From Yuukianura sp. NJ FZ-2021 (taxonomy: Eukaryota): 64,000 bases of DNA. Below the pieces are notes generated by a model that saw nothing but the letters and a program-made list of their open reading frames with translations, was not told where the DNA came from and did no database searches. The stretch is taken from NCBI GenBank assembly GCA_046563655.1, contig CM102289.1, positions 1,922,001 to 1,986,000 of the forward strand. The letters run 5' to 3'. Positions 25,699 through 36,067 of the stretch are shown one piece after another; position 1 is the stretch's first letter, and the number at the start of each line of letters is the position of its first letter. The position numbers and the translations under genes were made by a program.

Positions 25699-26298
25699 CA
25701 TTTAACATCCAGAACCAATTCGCTTTAGAACACTTCATTCGGAACAATGTGCTTAGAAACAATTCATTCGAAGCAAGGGCATTTACCTTCTCATGTTGTG
25801 GAAGAAAAGCAAGTCAAGCGAGCTACTTTTTAATTTTTAACGAAACTGAAAGTATTTTTGAAAGGAAATGATCAATTCAATAATTTACTTGTTTGCAGCC
25901 TACTCTGGCTCCTTTTCTGCTACTTATCCTATATTGCTTTCTGTGAGTTAATAAAAAGAAAGTATTTTATGCTGAAAGCTTTCAAGGTCAGTCGTATTAT
26001 TGCTCGTTTTTTGCAAATTTTTAAAACTAAAGATAAAAATCACAAGCCTACAGTATTTCAACATTGGTATTGCGAACTTGGTTGTTCTTGAGGTCAGCCA
26101 TTCCTAACAACCGCTACTATTGAAAAACATATTCAGAAGTGTTCTCTAAGCAGTGCTAAGCAAAAATATATTATATCGATACTATTGATATATGAAAAAA
26201 GTTTTAAAAATTGTAAACTAATGTAGCAGGGTTGTGTTTTAAATAGTTTTATCCGTCCTTTAGTTCAAACTAAGTTCCATAAGTTTGCGTAGACAAAA

Positions 26299-27536
26299 AT
26301 GTCTGCATTTAGTGAATACTGCCAGTACCTGCGAGTAGGAAGTTACTTCAAAATTTGTCCATTTACATTGGTACGCACCAAGACCAAATGGACTTTGACC
26401 ACCTTACCGAAGAAGCAGTTGAGACAAGTAGTATGTATTTCCCGAATAGCACGTCTACTTAGTTACAACACGCTATTTTTGTTAATGTTACAAGTCGTAG
26501 TCGACAGCCATAATGCACTGGAGTTGGTTGGCTGCGTTGGAATCAACATTTGCGCTGTGGTTGGTGTATACACAGAATACATGTGGAATACAAATATAGC
26601 AGAATCTATCAACTTCATTAATCAAATTTTCAACATTGACTGCATGTTGCGTATGCACCAATATTGAATCCTATAAGAATTATGTATAAATTCTATTGTT
26701 GTGATGTACGATCAAAATTGTTGTTTTATCTTGCAGGGCAAAAACTTTGTTCTGGTGGAGACTGGGTGCAAATCGATCGACGTCTGTTTCTGTGCCTCCA
26801 TCGGTTCAAGATTTTGTTTATTCTATTACTAATTGAAGTTCCAGCTACAGTTATTGTTGCCTCAATAACTAATTTTGTTATTATGAGGATTACAGTTCGT
26901 TGGTACTCATTTGTAACACAAAGTGACATATTGGGAGTAATTGTGGCATCAATTGTAACTAGCATCCTAGGCAACTTTGCTGCATTTTGGGCCTTGTTTG
27001 GTACTCTTACGGTACTTCTAACCGGTACTTCAATTTCGGAATGGTTGAGCGTTTTAGTCCAGTCTCAGGGTTGCGACGAGGCTAATGTACGACATGAACG
27101 TTATGCTTTGTACAGAATACTCCAAGTATTTATGAATTGGTTCAACGACCACTACAAATTTTGGATTCAAGTGGTGTGCTATGCAGACCTGGTGGCCGCC
27201 ATTTCATTTACATTTACAATTGTAAAAGCCAATTGGACTTTCAATCCTGTTGTACTCTTAATATTTGCTATCACAAACTTAACTTTACTTGCACTTGGCT
27301 TTGCCTTGTGTCAGCTCGCAGTAAACATTAAGCAACTTTCTGAAAATTTCTATTCTTTTAAAAATCATCGCAATTTACCGCTAACAAAAGCTGAAACGGC
27401 TTTTCGAAAATCGTGTCGCCCTTTGATCATTAGCGTGGGTGAGGTATTTACAATTTCAAATAGAGAGTTTTGTCTTAGTGTTTACTGCGACGTTATTCTC
27501 AAAACTACAGTTGACCTTTTACTGGCCTTTCGCTAG
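26299..27536 (+). CDS. Non-canonical 7TM chemoreceptor-like protein (OR/GR superfamily-like), copy A, 383 aa
   Basis: Exons 26299-26650 and 26737-27536 joined by a phase-1 GT-AG intron. About 7 hydrophobic segments; C-terminal FRKSCRPLIISVGEVFTIS resembles the OR/GR pre-TM7 motif. Confidence 0.7.
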
Positions 27537-27916
27537 TTCTTACAGGAGTGTACAACATGAACATTTAAAAAAAAAAAATTTCTAAACTAGATCGGCGTAG
27601 GCAGGATTGTAGCTTTGTTTGTGTTCAATTTAAAAATTTAGTTTATAGCCAACTCACTACTTAAGTGATGAATTCATTTTGAAGATTAGACAGGGATAAA
27701 AAAAATTCACACCAAACAAACTGTTACAACACTCTACTAAATTGGTATGCTGGGTTTTCAAAAGAAAATTTGAAAATGCTAGGTTGTTTGTTGCAAAGCC
27801 GATCGGCAAATATACTTGTCACACTCAAGACTTTCTTTGAACTCAATAAATTGTGAAATTGCTTTTGACATTAAAAGAAAGTTTCTTTGAAGCAGATGAA
27901 TTAGTACATTCTTCAA

Positions 27917-29543
27917 ATGATGGACGTAAGCATATCAGACTGTTTTGTAACGTACATTGAATTTTGGTATCGACTTGGGATAAGTCCATGCAAACTCAAA
28001 ATCAACTCCGAGACAAAGGTTTGGGAAGTTACCAGCAGCCGTATTCACAAGGTACAAATTCACTGCAAACGAGTTATTTTTGAATGAAATGATTAACTTT
28101 TTTTTTAGATTTTCAGCGTCTGCGCTGCTACAATACTAACTCTGAGCTTTCAATCTTGGATTCGGTACCTGATTTCAAGTGTAAAAGAGAAAAATCTTAG
28201 TACGCAACTAAACTATTTTGAAAAAGCAGTCACTTTCGGAGTCTATTTTCAAGCGAGTTGCTTTGTCGTAACTTTTTGGCAAAAAGGAGCTCAACTTGCA
28301 GATCTCATCAATTACAGTCAGACGTCGGCAGTAAAAGCAACGCTCGGAACAGCACCAATCCAAAATGTAAAAATTCCACTTTAAATTTTTTTTTAAATCT
28401 TAATTTGGTGATGTTTCTGTGTTTAATTTTCAAATTGTGATTTTAGGGAAAACGTAAAATGTTGATTTTTATTTCCACTTTGACGGCTGTTTATACAGTC
28501 TCAGAAAAATTGCGCTATTTAGAATGGAAGCGCTGGAATTTTGCGAGATACTACGACGGAATTTCAAGGTGGGGTCTTGGCTTGATATTTCTGGAATCTG
28601 TTAACATGGGTGCTTGGACGGAATACGCCGGTTATATTGGATTTCTCCTTGGGACTGTTTCACAATTGGTCTGGGTTTCATTTAAATCTGCTGGAGTAAC
28701 CCTCATGCTTATCCTAATGCTACAGATGCATCGACTCATTCTGCATCTACAGAAGATGACAACCAATATGATAGAGCATGATGTAAGTCTACACAACAAC
28801 TTCTCCCGGTAGTTAAAGCAACGTTTAATACTTATAATTAATTTAAATTAACAAAGTTTATACTGCCATGCATCATAAGTTTCCAAGGTATAAAAAATCA
28901 ATATTTACCTTAGGCAGTACGAGAAGTGAGGAAAGTTCGAACTTTGGTTGACTTGCTGAACAGAGCAGTTGGAGTGGCTGTTTGCGGTTGCGTATTTGGT
29001 ATCATTCCGGCGCTTGCCAAGTGCATTCCGCAAATGATCCAGCCAATTGGAGTCGTCAATTACATTGACAGTATTAGCTTTACTATGATCCCAATACTGT
29101 TCTTGATTTGCACGGCATGGTTCAAAGCCAAAGTAAGCATAAGTCATAACTGTATGCATTAATTATAAATTTAGTTTTACTTTTAATATTTAGGTCTAAT
29201 TCTTGATTATGTATTTTACTTTTACATTTCAAATGAAAATGTTTAGGCCAAGGCAATTTTCTACCACTGGATTGTTGTTCGGAAGAACTTTGTGCTACTT
29301 CAAGAATCTGATCTTGTAATGCTGCTGTACGAAATTTCTTCGGAAGAGCTGGCAATCAAGCCACTTGAGTTTATTATTCTAGACTCGTCGTTCCTCGGAA
29401 CAGTAAAACCAATCACTCTATGATATTTACAAAAAAAAAATCTAAAAAAAAAGTATACTAACTTTATGTTTTATTAGGTTTGTGGATTAATCCTAACTTT
29501 CTCCGTGGTCGTCATCCAGTTTGAATCACAAAAGTGGTACTAG
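27917..29543 (+). CDS. Gustatory receptor, array copy 11
   Basis: Six exons open. The stop TAG is changed to TGG, extending the end to QFESQKWY*. Exon 3 is most like copy 4 (WGLGLIFLESVNMG). Confidence 0.83.
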
Positions 29544-30341
29544 TAAATTCTGTTAACATTTTAGGCCGAATTGTTTGTATTAAGAAAGTTTAACCTTTTG
29601 TAAAACTCAGCCCTTGCAAATACGACAATTTCAACGAAAGAATTTTGTCTAACTTTCTGCTTGTTTGCATGTACAACCGCTACCTTCGGAATGGATTCCA
29701 CTTGAATGACTTTATAGAAACAATTTACATCTAGAACAAGTTCGCTTTAGAACAATTTCTTCGGAACAATGTACTTTTAGCAGCAACGATTCATTCGAAA
29801 AAATGGCATTCAGCCTTTTATGCTATGAGCAACAGTCAGTCCAGCCAACTACTCTATATGATTGGACAAAATTTAATGTGTTTTTGCAATCGAATTGGCG
29901 ATTCAATAATTTAGTTTTTTACATCCCAGTTCCGCTTTTTTGCCACTATGCTTGTCCTTTCTAAGAGTCAATAAAAGTATATTTAAATTTTTTATGTTGG
30001 AGGGTTTCCACTTTAATTGTATTATGGCTTGTTAGGGTTTTCAATTTTTTTAAAACCGGACATAAGAATTCCAACCATCACGAGATTGTAAGATCTCAGC
30101 CTGGGCTTGGCGAATTTGGTTGTTCTTGAGGTTAAACATACTTAACAGCCGTTGTTGTTGAAAACATAATCAAAAGCGTTCTCTAAGCTGAGCTAAAGCG
30201 GAAATATATTATTTGGATACAATTGTTGCTGAAAAAGTTGTATTTTAAATAATTTTATAGTGTAGCAGGGTTGTGTTTTTGAATATTTTTATACACTCTT
30301 CTTAAGCAACTACACAAGATTCCGTCAGTAATACACAAAAA

Positions 30342-31956
30342 ATGTCTGGATTTAGTGAATACTGCCAGTACTTGCGGATTGGTACTTACTTCAAAGTTTG
30401 TCCATTCACACTCGTACGTAAGGAATCCAAATGGAACTTGACCACCTTACCGAAAAAGCAATTGAGAAAAGCAGTAAATATTTCCCGACTAGCACGGCTT
30501 GTTAGTTATAGCTCGCTATTGTTGTTAATGTTACAAGTCATAGTGGACAGCCATAATGTACTGGAGTTGGCTGGCAGCGTTTCAGTTAACATTTTGTGTA
30601 TGACTGGTGTATACACAGAATATTTGTGGAATACAAATATGGCAGAATCTATTAACTTCGTTAACCAAATTTTCAAGATCGACTACAAATCACGTATGTA
30701 CAAAGTTTCAATGTTTTAAAACGTTTGCTTACGAGGGGACATTCCAAATCTGTCGTCGAGTTTTCTAATTTAAAACACACAGTCGTATTCTGTATTTTCA
30801 AAAAAAAAATTCCTCAGTAGTTTTGGTTGTCAAGGCAAAAAAAATTCGTCGAAACAAGTGTCCTCACTCCAGAGAAAAGAGAAATTCTTTTACATCCAAT
30901 TCTTCAACATAAAGCGTTTAGATTGTGTGAAATAAATTTTTTTTCTCATTTCTCTGGAGTGGGGCTGCGGGTTCGAGCCCAGGTCGGGAAAACTTTTTTT
31001 GACGTTGGCAACCGAAACTACTGCAGACATTTTTTTTCAAACTACAGAATACGACTGTATTTTTTAAATTCGAAAACTCGACTACAGGTTCGGAATGTTT
31101 CCTTGTTAGCTTAAGCACGACGGAATTTTTTGCAATTCACTCTCTTTACGTTGTAGGTCAAACAATTTGTTCGCGTGTAGACTGGGAACAAAGCGATCGA
31201 CGGGTGTTTCTGTACATTCATCGATTCAAAATTTTGTTCTTTTCATTTTTCGTTGAAGTTCCGGCTACATTTATGGTTGCCTCGGTAACTAATTCCTTTC
31301 TAATGAGGATTACGGTTCGGTGGTACTCATTTTTAACACAAAGTGACATATTGGGAGTAATTCTTTCATCAGTTGTAACTAGCATATATTGCAATTTTGC
31401 CGCATTTTGGGCCTTATTTGGTAGTCTTACGCTACTTTTGGCTGGCACTTCCATTAAGGAATGGTTGACCGTTTTAGTTGAGTCTCAGGGTTGCGGCGAG
31501 GCTAACGTACGGCAGGAACGTCATGCTTTGTACAGGATACTCCAAGTATTTATGATTTGGTTCAACGACCACTACAAATTTTGGATTCAAGTGGTGTACT
31601 ATGGAGACCTGGTGGCCGCCATTTCATTTACATTCACAATTCTAAAAGCCAATTGGACTTTGAATCCTGTTCTACTCTTAGTGTTTAGTGTTACAGACAT
31701 TACTTTAGTTGTACTGGGCTTGGTCATGTGCCAGCTCGCAGTAAATATTAGGCAACTTTCTGAAAAGTTCTATTCTTTTAAAAATCACCGCAATTTGCCG
31801 CTAACAGAGGCCGACACACGTTTTCGAAAATCGTGTCGCCCCTTGATCATTAGCGTGGGTGAGCTATTTACAATTTCAAATAGAGAGTTTTGTCTTAGTG
31901 TTTACTTCGAAGTCATTCTCAAGACTTCAGTTGACCTTTTACTCACTTTTCGCTAA
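30342..31956 (+). CDS. Non-canonical 7TM chemoreceptor-like protein, copy B, 383 aa
   Basis: Exons 30342-30693 and 31157-31956, the same lengths as copy A and colinear with it; intron enlarged by a palindromic MITE. Confidence 0.7.
30727..31110. mobile_element. Palindromic MITE in the intron of 7TM copy B
   Basis: Imperfect inverted arms over 100 bp (GCTTACGAGGGGACATTCCAAATCTGTCGTCGAGTTTTC vs GAAAACTCGACTACAGGTTCGGAATGTTTCCTTGTTAGC); absent from the copy A intron; TSD not resolved. Confidence 0.7.
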
Positions 31957-32480
31957 TTGTAAGTTCTTGCAAGATTGTACAATATGAACATTTAAAAAAA
32001 ATTCCCAAAATTAAAATTAGCTGAGGTAGAGTTTTAGCTTTGTTTGTAGTAAATTTTGTTTCCAAAACTTTGCTAAAAAATTGGTATATGACTTGTGAAC
32101 CCCTTTGGACATTTTTTTGGCAAAGCAATAGTAAATAAGAAATTAGAAATTTCTCAGTAACTAAAACAAGTGCGTGTGTTAATTCTGATTTCTGCAATTC
32201 TGCCATTGTGTTCTGTCAATTTTATGAGTACTAAATTAATCAAAATTTAACTTTGAAATAAAATTTAATATCAATAAGGTAATCAGACTTCATAATCTGA
32301 CAATCATAATCTCACAGGCAGATAAATCCGATTGAAATCCTAACGATATGCACTTTTCAGCACTAAAGTACAAATTAGTAATCGTTCCTCACTTATGTGA
32401 AACAGGACCCGCCCTACCCTCTGAAATTTAAATTTAAAAATCTTATTTTAACAATTTAAAATTGACAACAAGTTAAGAAA

Positions 32481-34076
32481 ATGCCGAGAATTCGTCAGAT
32501 TTTGGTAGCGGTTTGTTATTTTTTGTTACTTGAAACTACTCTCGGAGAGAAGTTTACTCACCAACACGTTTTGGACTTTCTGAACATAAGCGAAGACATT
32601 TCACAGGCAGACGAGCAGAAATTGGCACTTGAACTAACAGGATTGCTCGAGACGTTTTTGGAATTGACTGAATTGGCTCTTCAAATGAACCAAGAAGTGA
32701 GAGTACCAGTAATTTTATGTTGTTTTTTTTTTGAACAAGTAATAATGTTTAAGTATATTTTAAAGAAATAGTTGTAATACAGAAAATTTGTAAAAATTTT
32801 ACCAGAAGCGTACCACTACCTTTACAGGTTGATCAGTGGCTAAGCGGAGGTGGCGAAATTTCTATGGAATTTGAGTCCTACCTTGAAGAATGTGACAACA
32901 CCAAAAATACTTATTTGGAAGTGAAAGTGGCAGTAGACGACGCTTTACACGATGATTCCAAAAGAACTGAATTGTTCACGTACCTTCCACAGGCAATTGC
33001 AAAAAGTGAGCCCATAACCAAGGTTAGTAAACTAAAAAATTCTTTTGCAACATGAGGTTGTTCGTTAACTCCTGTTTCTAACGTTCACAGCGAAAATCTT
33101 CAAAACTGAAAACGACTCACTTCGAGGTTGTTCCCCATTGCAATTTAACAATAATTGTTCAATTATTGAAGTTAATATTTTCGTTTTAATCGCAACCAGA
33201 AATTTAAAAAAAAATTGGTGGAAAAATTGTTTGTAGCTTGATTTTTGAAAATAGGGAGTTACCGAACAACCTAGCAACCTTGCCCATAACTGTTCACTCG
33301 CAGGTGACTACACAGCATTGTACTAAATTTCAAAGTTTCAAATTTCTCCTTTCTAACAATTTTCAGTATTGGGAGTTAGAAGAGGAAAACGCCAAATTCT
33401 TGGAGAAAATGTTTGAAAAAACAAACCTGTCCATTCAAATGCTAAAAATCATGGATTCACATATGAAAAAAATTGGAATTCAAGGAGGCACTAAACCTGA
33501 CCCAGAAACAGCGATTGATGAAGAAACGGTTTATGCTAGAGGCAGAATCCTTACCAAAATGCTCAAATTGTTCCTCTTTTACTATAAAAAATTGGAAGCT
33601 AGTTCTAAAACAGTAAAAGCATTCGAAAATTTGGAATTTCTGAAAATAGGTTCTTCTTAAAGCTATGAAATTTTTTTCAGTTGGAAAAGCTTGGGTACTA
33701 CAATTCAACCAATGACAGTAATGAAGAAACCATAATTAGCAAGATCATAGAACGCGAACTCACCGTTGTTGAAGAAACTAAAGAAATGCTGTTTTCTGTA
33801 ATTTCTGAATCCACCAATGTCCTTGGCCCCCGCAACATGTTCTCTTTTGCATTTGACATGATCGACATCAAAAACAAGAAATTGGACGAGTTTACTGAGG
33901 AAGTAAGCGCCTTGCTGTTATTGATGATGATGAATTCCTCAATTTTGTGTTTTGGTTTGCAGTGTCGTAAACGCGGTGAAGAGGGATTGCATAGGAAGCA
34001 GCTCGTCGTGGAAGCTCAAAGTAGCCTTCACCAAAGTCTGTCAAAATTAGTTAACTCCTTACGCGATGAGCTTTGA
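32481..34076 (+). CDS. Uncharacterised signal-peptide protein with C-terminal RDEL, copy A (5 exons)
   Basis: Exons 32481-32696, 32828-33022, 33367-33612, 33681-33902 and 33963-34076, all phase 0. N-terminus MPRIRQILVAVCYFLLLETTLG is signal-like; Glu/Lys/Leu-rich body; ends LRDEL*. Confidence 0.75.
33019..33282. mobile_element. MITE with 8-bp TSD (hAT or P-element type) in exon 2 of the RDEL gene
   Basis: Perfect TSD CCCATAAC (33011-18, 33283-90); termini CAAGGTTAG ... GCAACCTTG; absent from paralogue B. Confidence 0.85.
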
Positions 34077-34592
34077 ACATACGTTTTTTTCAAGTTATAA
34101 TCAAAAATGCATATTTTGAAAACGCTTAAGTACTGTCAAAAATTTGCCTTGAATTTGATCAAAATTAAAGTTTGAGTCGTTTGATATCTATTATAAATTT
34201 TGTCAATTTCTGAATTAATTTTATTAAAATTAAACTTTAAAATAAAGTTTCAAAGTCTGTAGTCATTAAATTAGCTTTCAAGAGTTAATTTTTTTTTAAA
34301 CTGGAGGAAATTTTCGGGAATTAGAAGATTCCGTAATAAGTTTGAACTACATCACTAAAAATTTGACCTTCGCCCTCAGTTGAACTCTTATCTTGCTCTA
34401 AGTGCCTAAGTCAGCACTGTGGACTTGAAGTCCTAAAAATATGCACTTTTCAGCACTAAAGTAAAAATGAGTCATCGTTCCTCACTTGACTTCTTGATGT
34501 AAAACCGACCGGCCCTATATTCTCAAAGTGCCAATTTAAATAGAATCTTTGAATTTAAGTTTACAGTAACAAATTGACAATAAGTTAAGACA

Positions 34593-35987
34593 ATGGTGAG
34601 AATCCGTCATATTTTGGTAGTAGTTTGTTATTTTTTGTTACTTCAAACTACTTTGGGAAAGAACGTTACTCGTCAACACATTTTGGACATTCTGAACATC
34701 AATGAAAATATTTCACATGAAGAAGAACAAAAATTGGCCCTTGAACTAACGGGATTGCTCGAGACGTTTTTGGAATTTAGTGAGTTGGCTCTTCAAATGA
34801 ACCAGGAGGTGAGTTTAGTCAAGGAATTTTTTAAACAAGTAAGTTCAAAATGTGTAACAATTAGAAAAATAAAGTTTTGAAGACTGTAATGCAGAAAATG
34901 TGTAAAAAATTTTATCAGAAGTGTATAACTTCCTTTGTAGGTTGATCAGTGGCTGAGCGGAAATGATGAAATTTCTATGGAATTTGAGTCCTACATTGAA
35001 ACATGTGACATAACTAGAACAACGTTTCTCGAAATGAAAGTGGCAATGGACGACGCTTTACACGATCATTCCAAAAGAATTGCATTGTTTTCAACGTACA
35101 TTCCACAAAGAATGGCAAAAATTGAGCCCTACATCGTTAATGCAAATGCGCAGGTCACAAAATTTCAAAATTTCTAACGTTTTTTTTTCTAACAAAAGTT
35201 GTAGTTTTGTGTCTTTCTCTATCTATTTAAATAGAAAATTTTATTTTATTTTTGAATTTCTTAACTTGCAGTATTTGAAGTTAAATAAGAAAAACGGCAG
35301 ATTCTTGGAGAAAATGCTGGAAAAATCAAAACTTTCCGTCGAAATGCTGGAAATCATGATTTCACATATGAAAAAAATTGGAATTGAAGCTGGCACTGTG
35401 TCAGATCCAGAAACAGCGGATGACGAAGAAGCAATTTATGCTAGAGGCAGAATCATTACTAAAATAACCAAATTGTTCCTCTTTTACTTCAAAAAATTGG
35501 AAGCCAGTTCTGAAAAAGTAAGATCAGCTTACGAAAATTCCAAATTTCTCGAAAAAAAAAAACTTTAAAAAATTTTCTGCATTTCTTCAGCTGGAAAAGC
35601 TCGGCTACTTCAATTCAACCAATGAAAATAATGAAGAAACTGTAAACAGCGACACAATCGAACGTGAACTCGCAATTGTTGAAGAAACTAAGGAAATGCT
35701 GTTTTCTGTGATTTCTGAATCCAGCAAAGTCCTTGGTCCACGCAACCTCATGTCTTTTGCACTTGACATGATCAAAATCAAAAACAAGAAACTGGATGCC
35801 ATTACTGAAGAAGTAAACTAATGTTCTTTTTGTAGACGTTGACAATTCCTTAATTTTGATGTGTTTTGGTTCATAGTTTCAAAAACGCAGTGCTGAGGGA
35901 TTGCAGAAGATGCAACTCGTTCTGGAAGCTCAAGCTGACTTTGACCACAGTCTGTCAAGATATAAATCCTTACGGGATGAGTTTTAA
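34593..35987 (+). CDS. Uncharacterised signal-peptide protein with C-terminal RDEF, copy B (5 exons)
   Basis: Exons 34593-34808, 34941-35153, 35272-35517, 35591-35812 and 35877-35987; colinear paralogue of copy A; ends LRDEF*. Confidence 0.75.
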
Positions 35988-36067
35988 AAACTCTATTTTG
36001 AAGATTATTATTTTTCATAAATCTATTTTTGAAAATGATTATCAGTAATAAAATTTATAGTTGAAAA

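Noticed and set aside
425..29355. Recurrent minus-strand ORFs across the GR array (e.g. 1514-1738, 3930-4169, 5912-6142, 13165-13446)
   Set aside because: They are antisense shadows of conserved GR exons and recur only because the exons do; starts and stops are inconsistent between copies.
29535..29543. Programmed stop-codon readthrough in GR copy 11
   Set aside because: It is a simple TAG-to-TGG substitution with a new stop two codons later.
33903..33962. Hydrophobic segment VSALLLLMMMNSSILCFGLQ as a TM helix in the RDEL protein
   Set aside because: It is a 60-nt GT-AG intron read through by the ORF finder; the paralogue has an intron at the same site with an in-frame stop.
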